Source of the DNA: Hydrolagus affinis
Taxonomy: Eukaryota
DNA: 64,000 bases
Assembly (NCBI GenBank): GCA_012026655.1
Contig: JAAILG010000988.1
Coordinates: 1-64,000, forward strand
Direction of reading: 5' to 3'
The notes beneath the pieces are model-generated. The model made no database searches. It had not been told where the DNA came from and saw only the letters and a list, made by a program, of their open reading frames with translations. Positions within the stretch are counted from its first letter, which is position 1, and every line of letters starts with the position of its first letter. Below are positions 51,891-64,000 of this stretch, piece after piece. Both the position numbers and the translations under genes were made by a program.

Positions 51891-54027
51891 CCTGTACTTC
51901 CCGTTTGCTTTAGTTGTCCTTACTTGGAAGCTATGACTATTTGTTCGTTTGGTTGTTGATTTAAACGTTTGCAGGATTAGGCAGCTCCGTAATCAGACTC
52001 TAGGCCATTCAATAGCTTTAGTTCCTGTTAAATACAGCACAACCTCCCTGGGCTACACTAATGCTGAAACTGGCATCATTCATCTGTTAAGAACAAACGG
52101 GAAATGGTGTAAATAACATATTTGGGGATAAAATTACACAATTTTGAATCTTTAAACATCAGAATTTTAATAATGGATTTTGTGATTCACAGTACTGCTG
52201 TTTGCTGTTAGTAATTTAAGTTAGAGATTAACTTTAATTCCTCTGAAAAAAAACTAATTGCAATGTTCAGACATCTGAAGATCTTAATCAACGGAAAGTA
52301 AATGGTATTAGTTAATACAAAGCACTCATTTAATGTTTAATCCTTCGGAATGTTCCACAAACATTGTTTTGTTTCTTGTGTCTTTTTTCTCTGTTCCTCT
52401 TAAAGGTTTATTAACTTTTATTGTGTGCCTGGTGAAGTGATCACATTTTCGATTTTGAGTCAGAAGTTTGTGGGTTCCAGCCCCATGTGGGAACTTGGAA
52501 TCACGTAGTGAAGACATGGCAGATTCCATTGTTGGAGATGCCATCGTTCAGATGAGACGTTAACCAAAGGTCCAGAAATGGAATCACACAAATATCTCCA
52601 GCTATTCTTTAGTCAGCCGGGTGACTGACCTATGTGGCCTCTCATTTAACGTCCATCTTACTGCTGTAGTATCCATACAAGACTGAGAGTTCCACAGATG
52701 TATGCCACCTACAAATGCTCAATCAGTTCAGCTATTGCTGAAGTATGTATGCACACACAGATCAGGAATGTCCCAGTCTTGAATCCTGCTCCGAAGGAGT
52801 TGATCTCACCTTAAGTGGGATCACAATTTGACTGTTACTCTATCCTGCTCTGCGTGAGCAGGCTATGCAAATGCAAATGCAAGTTGTTGTTGCTGAGTGA
52901 CAGTAGACTGACGTGTATTTGCTAACCAGCTGGTAAGTGATCGAGTGTGGAATGGATTAGGTTTGGTCTCTGTAAATGAGTTCTTGTGTAAAACTTAACA
53001 TAGTTTAGGTAAGTATAGCATGTCTGGCTTTGGAGATGGCTTGGAGGGAAGGGCATATTTAACAGAGGTAATTACCCCCAACATTTCCACAGTTAAAATA
53101 GAAAGATAGATTTCAAAGCAGTAATTTTTAATCTCGGTGTCCAGATGATGGCTATTTATTATTGGAGATTTGCTCTTATGGTTAATGACATTATCTGGAT
53201 CCGTCGATCAGATTACTGCTTTGTAATTACTCCTGGGGATCTGTTATTCTCTGCATAATAATCAGCTGTGATTTGCATAAGAAAATTGAGTTAATTAAAA
53301 AATAGATTTTTGCCCAATACTTAAAAAATAAATCCTAGATTTGTCAAACTTGGAGGCGTGAATATTATACTAATAGTGAAAATGCCTTGATGACAGATAG
53401 TATTTGTGTAATACACAGAGCAAAAAAGTACAGGTGGTCGGGGCAGTGGGCAGAAAGATCAATGATCAATGTGCAATGAGTGACCAGTTACTGCATTGTA
53501 AGGTAGAAGTTTCTTGCCAGGTCTCAACGTCTCAAAGTGCTTCACAGCATTTACAGTAAAGTGTTTGTATGACAAGTGAACACAATCCTATAATCACCAT
53601 AATATTTCAGACTGTCCAGAATTTGCCAAATACAGATTTAATTTGGAAACCAGATTGCTGCAATTTTTTTTAAATAGAAAAAGCAATTTCAGAAATTTTA
53701 AGAGTTCAAAGTCAATTCAGCAATTTGCCGAATTCTGGTCATTCCAAATTACAATGTTAACAGAGTAAAGCTACACCCAGGCGGAATTTCCCCTCAACTT
53801 AAGAGTCTGTGGAATATTGGGGCATGCTTTATATGATGGAATAGTGGCACGCTGTGGATCAGATAAGTTCCATCTTATCAGCATCCCTCCATGTCTGCAT
53901 TCAATAAAGTTTTGGAGTCTGTCACAGTGAGTGACTAACTGTTGACTTCAAAAAGCTAAATACACACTTCTCCCCAATAACTCAATACCTTTGCAAAACG
54001 TGGACAGTCTAATCTTCCACCAACACA

Positions 54028-54410
54028 GGATAACATATTAATGATTTATTCTAATTAGGCCTCATTTCCATATATAAATTAGGTTAATTAGAAAATAGAC
54101 TTTTCTTCACAACTCAAAAAAAATGTAACCCTTATCTTCATGAAATTTGGAGGAATATAATCTTCCTGGTATAAGGAATAAAATATTAATAAATTATGCT
54201 AACTAGTCCTAAATTTTATGTGCAAATTAGGTTAATTAGAAAATAGATTTTCTCTTGCATCTGGAAAAGAAAAGTAATTCCTATCTTAAAAACTTGGAGA
54301 GTATAATCATTATGCTATTAGGGATAAGATATTAATGATTTATGCTAATTAGGCCTCATTCGCATATGCGGATGAGGGTTAATCACCAAATATACTCTTG
54401 TCTATAACTC
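54028..54410. repeat. ~147-bp tandem repeat, about 2.6 copies
   Basis: units start at about 54028, 54176 and 54322 and share atattaatgatttatgctaattaggcctcatt, aaattaggttaattagaaaataga and atctt..aaa(c/t)ttggag. Confidence 0.85.
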
Positions 54411-55814
54411 AGATCCAGTCGGTGCACAATGTATAAAGCAGGGGTGGGTCAGAATAGCCTACACTGACTTCAGGGAACTACAATGTGATACTGTATGTTC
54501 TCGAAACAGGTTTGAAGTTCTCCGTAAATGCGCATCGGTGTCTTAAAGCACTGCATTAATCTCTGCTAAGCAGCAGAGATCTTGTTGAAACTCATGCTTC
54601 ATCTTTGCCCTGTAAAGCTTTGAGGCGTTATTGTACATAGAAGATGCTACAGAAGTGTTTGTTTTGTACTAGCAAAGAACTGAAAGGCAGTCAAGGTCTC
54701 CGGTTGGATAGCTTCCCGCTGACTTATAGTAAATACAGTAGACTCCTGATAACCCTACCTTGGCTTAAGTTGTCGCTACCATTTAAGTCATCATGCTGTC
54801 AATATCCCGTCCGCATTTATTTATGTATTGATACAGGTGCCTAACTCACCACTCATCGCAGAGCCCTTTCACCTCGGAGTGACGAGCTTAAAGACGTTTT
54901 ACCAAATATACCTCACTTCATTGCTGGAGAAATGGGAAGCTCTGATTCCTGAACCCCGAGTCTGTGGCCATGGGTTTGGAGCTGGACTTTTGTTTGGCGA
55001 TCGACAGATAATAAATTCCTCCAGTTTTCAGGAAAGTGAATTCTCGCACTGCTGACTTCCGGATGAACAGGTTTAAAACCGTGCAATGCGACTGCTCAGT
55101 CCTCGGAGTCACAAGGCTGTGACTGGTTGGCACTAACGCACTGTCTCTCAACTCACAGAGGGAAATCGGGAGCAGGTGCTGATCGCTGCCCATCGGCTCA
55201 CAATTTACATAAAGGAACCACAGGAGTGTTAACGCCAGTGTATGCCGTGCTGGCAGTGTGTGCTGATGTCTGTCTGACTATCTAAAAACCCACCCATTCC
55301 AGGAGACTCGGTCTCTCTCCTTCTACCCCCATTCTCCACAGCTCCAAACCCATTTCAGCAACAACTACAACAACAACTTGTATTTATATAGCGCCCTTCA
55401 CATGGTGCCGTTTCGGAGCTCTATTTTAAAATTCCCCTAAACCTAACCATTTCAGTGTGGTACACTCCTTTGCCCTGAGCTGTATCGCTGCTGTTATGTT
55501 CTCTCTACAACATGCTTTTCACTATGAAGCATGAATGGAGTGCTTGTCATCTTGTGGCAAATTCCACTCACTCGCCCCCACAACCACCACCAATGAGCCA
55601 GTCTCCCGAATACATCCTCACCACACCTCCCCAACCCCAGCAGGTGGCTTTGGCAGGAAATCAATTTACCTTTGCTGTTGGGAGCAAATTACTTGCTCAC
55701 ATTAACTACTGAGTTTCCATATGTGATAATGTTCACTACACCTCAAAGCAACACATTATGACATGCAGGCATCATGTATTATTCTTTGTCGCTCTTAATT
55801 TAGAAGAGGAAACT

Positions 55815-56057
55815 GTAACTCAGCATGTTGAGGTCTTGACACTTCAGTGCAGTGTTGGGGGAGCAATGCACTGTTGGAGGTGCCATCCTGTCTGTTTAGG
55901 TGGACTTTAAAGATCCCCATGGTATTATTCAAAAACAGAAGGGAGTTTCTCCCTGTGTGCAGACTAACAATCCCTCAGGTAACATTGGTCATTCACTTCC
56001 TAGCTGTTTGCTGAAAATTGCTGTGCAAAAATTGGCTGTTTAATTCACCTACAAAGT
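55815..56057 (+). mobile_element. older Deu-SINE, host of the antisense SINE at 56058
   Basis: tgacacttcagtgcagtg...gcactgttggaggtgcc...ttgctgtgcaaaattggctg. Confidence 0.75.
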
Positions 56058-56370
56058 ATAATAATAATAATCATTGCTTCTGATATAGAACTTTTCACAT
56101 CTTCTAGATGTCTCAAAGTGCTTCACAGAATCTACTGTTGCAAATTGAATTGACTGTTTATGTTGTGGGCGATAAGCGGCAGCCAATTGTGCACAGCATT
56201 GTCACACAAATAGTCGTGGATTGAAATGTCCAGTTTATTATTTTTTGGAGAGAGATTATTATCAGGTATGTGGAGTAAGGAAACTTGCCCAAGGTTTCGC
56301 CCTGCGGGGAATTGAACCCAGGTCTCTCGCTTGCGAGGCGAGTGCTCTAACCACTGAGCTACAGGATTCC
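56058..56370 (-). mobile_element. full-length tRNA-Ala-derived SINE with intact Pol III boxes
   Basis: head GGAATCCTGTAGCTCAGTGGTTAGAGCACTCGCCTCGCAAGCGAGAGACCTGGGTTCAATTCC, Deu core, (ATT)n tail. Confidence 0.92.
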
Positions 56371-59300
56371 TTATAAGTTCAGTCCCAATGTGGAAGTGGC
56401 ATTTTTTTTAAACGGTCTTTACAAAGACTTTGAAATTAAAACTGTATTGAGGAGTCTCCCATAATTTTGTGTTACCTTAAACTTTTCGACGATAAAATCC
56501 TCCCTACAGGCAAAGACTGGGCCTATGGAGGAAGCAGAATGCCCTCGCCGTTGGGGAACAGTGAGAGAATATTGTTGGTCAGCACCACTTAGTGGTCAGG
56601 TCAGATCAACCAACGCTTGACGGAGAGTTGGGAGCAGATTCCCCTGCCAACGCTCCCATGTGGGTGTAGACTGCAGGAGCAGCGGTGAGGAAAGAAATAT
56701 CATTACAAACATTAAGAAATATATATTTTTGCTGGCTTCAATCTTAAAATGAATCCTAAGCATTTTCATAAAAAGTGGATGGGTGATCGAACAAAATCGA
56801 CCCAGAGAAAAGCCGTTAGCCTGCACTCCTGTACAGTCACAGCCACGCAGTGGGACTGTCTCGCTCAGTAAGCTAATGGTGCTTTAAGATCCTCTCCATT
56901 CTGGCGTAAAGATCATTTGAAATAAGAGAGGGACAATTGTCTGTCTCTGGGTTTTCCTTTTTGTTGCTGGTGTCTCTGCAGTTCTGTGTGTTCCTCTGTG
57001 CTGCCAAAGTCTGCAGCTTTTAACCCATTGTTAAGTGCCAGAGGCGAGCCGCCTGTCTCACAACCGAGCCCGAGCACTTCAAGGTACGTTAACCCATTCA
57101 GGGCCACAGTGTGCCACGTCTTTGCTAACCATAATGCTCCTACATATAGCTATTATTTGAAAAAAAGGGGGATACACATCAATAATAATTGTACATTTCT
57201 ATAGCGCAATTCATGTAACAATTTGCTTCAGAGAGTCAATCGGGAGCATGATTTGTTGGAGAGGTGGGGCGGAGGAAGAGGACACAATGGTTCAAAAAAT
57301 GGGTGGATCAGGTAATGCAACAGGCTGGTGATTACTGAACAGAGAGATGGTCAATGGAGGGTTTTGGACATGAGTACAATGAGTTTGAGTCTGCATGAGA
57401 AGGCATGAGCTGCAGAGTTCTGAATGTGTTTCAGCCTGTGTCAAGAGAAAGTCCAGCAGAGGAGACATTGAATAGTCCAGCTGACAGATGATTAAGTCAG
57501 TGCCTTTCATTTGAAAACAAAGCATTTGGTAAACATTTATTTGCTGGTAGACAAATGCAGATGTACAACAACAACAACAACAACAAAATTACATTTGTAT
57601 AGCACCTTTCACGTCAGGAGTTCATCCCAAGGTGCTGGGACATCACATTGAAGTGCACCAGTGAATCACTTGTCAATACAGTGCAAATTTAATAATAACA
57701 ATCACAAGCTCTAATAATCTCTTCTGCACAGACCTAAGTGCAAAAATTAGTGCATCTGTTTTCATAAAAGTGTTGCCCCTTTAAAATAAATCAGTCATTA
57801 CAGAAGCACCAGACACTAACAATGTGTGTTACCAAAACTGAGGTAAGTTTGCAAGTGAATTCTGTATTCAGTGAAAAAGCTTTTCAAAGCTATTGGAGAC
57901 CCAGTGACAAACAACGTCAATGGGGCCCGAGCATCACACCTGCCAGTCCTTGCAGGCCTCACTAATAATAACCCAAATCCCCAGATTGGTAGTTAAGAGT
58001 GTGAAACCATTAGTTGAGCAGATTTCTATGTCGAATCATTTAAAACTGGAGCCTTGTGGACGAGCGAAACGGAAACTGAAACAGTGATTAAAGAGAGGAC
58101 ATGGGGGGCTGGTGGGGAGGGAGAATTACGATTCCAGTTAATCCTTACATTGAGTTTGGCTGAAAAAAAAGCAATGGGCAATAAAAATAGACACTTTGGC
58201 TCTTTATGTAACAAAAAAGTCTGCAGGCGGCATCCATCTCTGTTGAAATAATAAATACAGCTTAGATGCTGATATGGTCTCTAAGTACAGGCATGCTCCT
58301 CAGTGCAACTGCAACAATTTGGGACAATTTGTCAGGAAATAAACAGCAGAGATGAAGTTCGGAAGGAAAGTAATTTTAATCTAAGAACTTGTTGACCTTG
58401 TACACAGTTCGCAGATAAGAAGGGCAGCTGTGTGAAAAGTGTGGCACCTTATCTAAGAATAGGCACTTTTAAAATATATTGTTAGCGGTGACTACAGAGT
58501 AAGTCAGTCTTAAAACACTATTTCATTTCTATCTGTTAGATAGCCGGTTAAAGATACTGTAAGTGGAACTGTGTCAGGCCAGTGGGGACTCGGTATTTCA
58601 TTCCCAGAAACAATTAAAGTGCTTTAAGGGGCAAATGGTTGTGGAAGTGTAAAAATCATACAGCATTTATGAGTTATTAAATTTGAAAAAGACTGTTCCC
58701 TAACCCTTCGCCACTGAATAAAACTTTATTTAACGATCCGAGGTTTGTAAGAGAAACACTGAGTCCCAGCTCAGCAGCAGCCCGGCACTGGAAATGTTTC
58801 ATAAAGCATTCCTAACAAATGGGATTTTAGCACACAAGAGGCTTTGATGGCCTATTAATTCTGTCTTGGCCCTCAGCCAAAACACTTGTGCTTCTCCTCT
58901 AATTTGTGCTTAATTTCTATCAGAGCTACCAAGAGACTACTTTTTTCAGCATGATGCATCCGCATAACTTTAATGGATTCAACAGAGGAGCCACAGCAAG
59001 AAGACATTGATTGGCTTGTCTCAGGGGCCTAAGCGAGGCCTGACAGGTAGTAGCTTGACATGGGCAGCAAATGAAATGTGACCCCTTGTAAACAGGGCTG
59101 AGCATTTGGGGCCCAGTGTAATCCATTAGCTCAAGACCTTTTCAAATTCCATTTATTTATGAAGTGATTTGAGCAGGCTAAGGCTGCACTTAAAAGTAAG
59201 AGGGAAGGACAACGAACGAATGATAGCGGGGAGGTTCAGGCTAGGTACCTTTAAACGGGAATGACAGAGAATGGAGGGAGAGCAAATTGTGGAGGTTTGC

Positions 59301-59544
59301 TGGCAAATCGAGCAGAATGGAAAGGAAAAACGGGAAAGGGGAGGAAATGGAAGATAAAAAGGAATATCCCCATGGCAACATGTCCAATAGATGGCCTAAT
59401 AAAAGAGAAATGAAAGGGAAATGACAATTTTTTTTGCAGGATTGTAAAATCCTTAGAGGATTATATTTTTTTTTTTAAAAACCAGGACAAATTGAGAACA
59501 GCATTGCACTACCCCATGTTGGGAAGGATGCTCAAAATGCGCTG

Positions 59545-59690
59545 AATAATAATAATAACCTTTGCATTTGATATAACGCTTTTTCATATATTAGAGACTT
59601 CACAAAGTACTTCAGAGAAGCATTGTAAAGTAAATTGACTGTAAATTTTATGGGCAAAATGTGTCCCACAAGCAGTCGTGGATTGAATGG
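59545..59690 (-). mobile_element. SINE tail fragment
   Basis: (AAT)n + tttgcatttgatata...gtcgtggattgaa. Confidence 0.8.
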
Positions 59691-60131
59691 GCTTTCCAAA
59701 GAGCTCCAAGATACTACCCTAGTGTGGGGGGCTAAACAAATGCAAGTTGTTGCTGCTATTTTCTCAACCTTGACTTTTCCAAGATTCTTCTGATCTGATC
59801 TAGGAATTTTTAACTCAGCTTACCAACTACCAGAATTAAAGAACTTTTTATAAAACTTTTCCAAGTTGAAAATTGAATTATAAACACCAAACAAAGCGTT
59901 TTCTATCTTATATGACAGGCCCCCACAATATCCTGGAGTTTTATGGCAAAGGATCCATTAGAATTTCTTTTTAAAATTACATCCACCTACAAAATATACT
60001 GTCAGTCTACTTTAGCATATCCCGCAAAGTGCTTTGAGACGTCCTCCTGACATGAAAGTTGATCTATTTTAGTTTTAGTCAGCTGGGTGTCTGACACATG
60101 CAGAAACCCATCACCATGTTTAAGAGTATCC

Positions 60132-60239
60132 AAACCAAACTGAAAATTGCATGTATCCCACCACACATGGGAATTTCAAACAATCTATCTCTAGAATTTT
60201 CATGTGTGGGTGGGATGCATGGAAATCTCAGTTTGGTTT
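60132..60239. repeat. imperfect inverted repeat (~44-bp arms, ~19-nt loop)
   Basis: AAACCAAACTGA...CATGGGAATT pairs with AATTTTCATG...TCAGTTTGGTTT. Confidence 0.85.
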
Positions 60240-61052
60240 TGTTTATTCAGGGATTTAGAATGACTTCAATTTAGGTTTTACATTCATACGTGATCTGCAT
60301 TTTAACGTAGCTGTTTCACCAATGGACCTGGAAACCTTTGGAGAAGTTCAATCCAAATCTTGCTGGATATTTTGTTTACCATTGCAAATCCCCCTTTTTA
60401 AAATAAAAATATAAAGTCATTTCTGTAATAGTGTAATTGTTTCTGTACAGAAGACTTAACTGGGATGGGTTTTAATTAACTACATTTAAATTAATGGCTT
60501 TCACGCCACATGACCTTAATTCATTCAATAGGATTAAACACTAAACTCTGGAGTCTCCACAGTTTGGAAGGTTCCACTTCTAAATGGTTTGTTGTTACTG
60601 TCTGCAATTGAAATCTCTGTTGTTGCAGCTCCTCCAGTGTGTTTTAACAGTGAGCAGAGAAATACACAGCATAGAAGTCCAAGAAATGCTCTGCAGTTTG
60701 TGTTCAGTTTCCTTATCTCAACCTTGAGGGATGCCAGACATGTTACAATACTTTTGCCTGGATAAGTGCTCCAATGGCACCTACTGTACACCTAGTGTGT
60801 ATGTGTGTATATCAAATTATGCAAGGATCAAACTGGTAAAGTATTGAGAAGAGCATGGTCAAAGCCTTTTAGTTTGGGTTGTGCATTAGTTGCATATCAA
60901 GCTGTATACCCAGAAAGATGGAGATGACTAGCATATTCTCACTTTCCTCAACCCCAACACACCTAACCTATAGCATCTGTTATCTGGGCTTACTTTCTCC
61001 TGCTAACACTTCAACTCATCCTTGAACTGAAGTTCAATAACAGTTGAAAGAT

Positions 61053-61510
61053 CTGGGATGGATCCGAGTTGAAGCAATAATGCTTTGTGTTGATTTGAAT
61101 CCTATCTTGTTTTTACAGGTTTAGTTCTCATCATTACTTGGGACTGATTTGATCAGTAAAATAGTGTGTGCCATTTGCCTATGTTGAGTGAATGACCTAC
61201 AGCTAAGAATCGAGTGGATTTCCTCATTGACACTCAATCTCTCTGAAGGAGTGAAGAAATGGTCTAATTTGAGTTAGAAAGAGAGAACACACACAAGGGA
61301 AATTCAATCGGAGATACAGTGGAATAAATGTTACTTATTGTATTGACTTTGTGGATGGATAGAAAGCTAATGTAAATGATGATTGACCAGAAATAGTATT
61401 CACTCATATTTCTAGATTTGCAAATCTTGCAGTACTATTTGTAACCTGTAAAAACAGGTAGGATTCAAATCAACACAAAACATTATTGCTTCAACTTGGA
61501 TCCATCCCAG
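61053..61510. mobile_element. MITE-like element with ~68-bp terminal inverted repeats
   Basis: 61053-61121 and 61443-61510 are reverse complements with only about 3-4 differences; no clear target-site duplication. Confidence 0.7.
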
Positions 61511-61514
61511 GTAT

Positions 61515-61620
61515 ATTTCACCCACAAACATACAGTTAATTCACTTTTCAGGATATTGTTTGAAGCGCTTTGAGACGTCTAGAAGATGAAAAGTGCTATA
61601 TCAAATGCAAGGATTATTTA
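61515..61620 (+). mobile_element. SINE 3' tail
   Basis: cccacaaacatacag...gaagcgctttgagacgtc...gctatatcaaatgcaaggattatt. Confidence 0.85.
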
Positions 61621-64000
61621 TATATGCACACATGTGAAAAGGCACAGTTAAAAAATCTTATGTTTTATGCTCACATAATATAACCCACAATCTATTAAAT
61701 CCAATGTGACATTTAAATGGTATGAATATGATTTAGCATATGTGAGAACTAGTTTTATTAAAATATGAATAAAATAAAATGATCCCGTTAAATCATAGAA
61801 TATCAAATAAAATGTGGTTACATTTGATTTTGCCTAATTTGGTACAAGCCAATCACTAAATGTTGATGAATATTTAAGAGCTCTTGGTTTTTGCTTCTCC
61901 TTCCCTAGTGAGTGCATTAGTGTTTGTTAAGCCTGCTGAAGGGATGGTCCTGTGCTATTTAACCCTGTGAGCATCGGGTGACCTCCTTAGTAAATGCTCC
62001 TCGGCTCCAACATATGTCTATGCAATTCTGCGGGCTGAAATTCCTGCTGTGGTATGTTCAGCAACTTTGGCAATATGTGGTTATAACAGGAAAATCCTGC
62101 TGGAAGGTGCCGTCATCAGAGTCTATGATCATTGTCGACGGGAATTCATTCCAACTCGCTGATTTCTTGCACATGCTAAACACTTAATGGGCAGGAAAAT
62201 GCAGGTTGTTCAAAGTAACTACCCAAAATACAATTAAGGGGAATTATTCATGCAATAGTATAGTTTTCCCATTGACAGTCAGTTTCCCTGTTCCTTGATG
62301 AAAGATTAAAGTTGGAACTAAACTGGTTTACAGTGAGATTGGAACTTGAGCCCATTTATCTCATCCTTCCAGAATACCCAGCAAATTGATTTGAGATAAA
62401 TTAAGGAGCAGAGGTTAGGTGATTCCAAGCTTGTATTTAGAAAGTGTTCAGATCACATGAAGGAAAGAGGGAGCAAAGGAGTTTCACAATCTTTAAATAA
62501 TAATCCCTACATTAGGCATAGCTCTTTTCACAACAGCGTCCCAAAGCGCTTCACAGGATGTACTCTAAAAGTGGTGTGTCTGTGTGTTTTGTGGGAGAAT
62601 CTTAGGAAAGATTGAGTTTAGAAAAAGAGATGATTAGGAGTTCAAACCACCTGAGCCCAAAACACCTTCACACCTGCCAGGCGGAGGAATCTCACCACAT
62701 TGTCACCACTGTGTCAATGCCTTCAAATACCTTGTTACACACGGGTTTGCATATGGTTAACGCAAATTAGAGGGTTGAAAAGGGTTCCAGCAAATACCCA
62801 TTACATGAGAATATTTTTGCCTACTAAAAAAAAGCTAGTTGAATACTGTGAATTTACATTGATTTGTGCTGTTTCTGTCCTCAAGGACTGGTTGTTCCAG
62901 ACAATTAATGTTGAGTGGTGTGCAGACATCTTTCCCATTTATCACTTGATGTTGTGGACCAAAGCCTCACATTTAGAGAGAGTGGGCATAAAATTAACAA
63001 TCACAATGAAGTAAGTAAGTGTTCTGTGTGACATGCTTATCGTATGGCATGTTTGAATAATTTCTAATGTACATAGTTTCTCATTTCCAAAATTCCCATC
63101 GGATCAAATGAGGATTTGTTTAAAACAACAATTGGCAGAGCTGCATCAAAGAACGTAGGACGGAGGATGGAACCTTGCAGGGCAGAACGGCCCCAAATTA
63201 AATCCCTTAGCTCTGTGTTGAGTGTCCTGGTCTCAGGTGGCACATTAGTCAATGTGCGACCATTGGCTTCAACAGTTACCTGTAGGTTCAGGAAGATAAA
63301 CCACTGGAAGGATATGATCTGGGTGTGATTCCTTTACTCAAGATTTCCAACTTAAGGGATGCTCTTATCAACAGAGCTATTTAAATACTAGGTTACCACA
63401 TCTCAAATACATTTGATTGTTTCAATGTTGAATTGATTAGACTAATAACGCCAGCAGGATTTTCTGGTTGAAGAGGAATTGATACCTAATATTTCAAAAT
63501 TGCTTCAGATCACTGTTTACCATACCCCAACCCCTCAGCGCTCTTTCAGCAGAGTTACATCTTACAATTATGCTGATTTTGCAGACCGTGTTAAGTGATG
63601 ATGTGAGACGATGGTTTGTATGTGTGTGTGTGTGTGTATCTATGTGAAGCTTACATGAACAGATCTGGGGAGGGATTTCTTCTGCCACCCCCCTGTGCCC
63701 ACTTCCCACCTCATAGATTGCAAGATTGGTTTGGATGAAGAAGGCCTTTGGCTCAATTGATCTCAGCCTTTCAAAATATCCATCATTCCATTACAGCACC
63801 AAGCTGTTTTGTAAATGAGTCCAGCATGCTGCACTCAACCATCCTTCCTGGTAACTGTGTTCCAGCACCAATGAGACAATAACAATTTGAAATACCAACA
63901 TTCCCTTGCACTTCACGTGACCCCGACTGGTTGATTGGTTTGGTGTGAAAATGTATTGATCACATTAACATATAAACACAGCAGTAATTACTGTAAGGCA

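Noticed and set aside
54028-54410. CRISPR-like periodicity
   Set aside because: Whole units are homologous with no unique spacers, the context is eukaryotic, and there are no cas genes.
56579-56598. REST/NRSE left half-site TCAGCACC
   Set aside because: The right half GGACAG is absent.
13100-64000. LMO1 or other coding exons expected from synteny
   Set aside because: No LIM-domain peptide (CxxC...HxxC) or LMO1 N-terminus is seen in the ORF track or in the frames I examined.

Overview
Eukaryotic, AT-rich vertebrate genomic DNA. The repeats (tRNA-Ala-headed Deu-domain SINEs with an (ATT)n tail, plus CR1 and L2 tails) suggest a cartilaginous fish, probably a chimaera; this is an inference. Bases ~741-11964 (+) hold the last nine coding exons of the kinase STK33. 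They have GT-AG junctions, splice into one continuous frame of 376 aa plus stop, and are followed by a ~1.1-kb 3'UTR; the 5' part of the gene lies upstream of the window. The remaining ~51 kb has no recognisable protein-coding gene. It contains many SINE, CR1 and L2 fragments, several very old minus-strand L1 (LINE-1 clade) fossils, two MITE-like elements, a ~147-bp tandem repeat, a pre-miRNA-like hairpin, two orphan exon-like segments, and several repeat-free, homeobox-motif-dense blocks that look like conserved enhancers. In other vertebrates LMO1 lies downstream of STK33, but no LMO1 exon is visible here. I found no convincing new multi-gene system. The best leads are listed as findings; repeat family names and boundaries are by eye and approximate.
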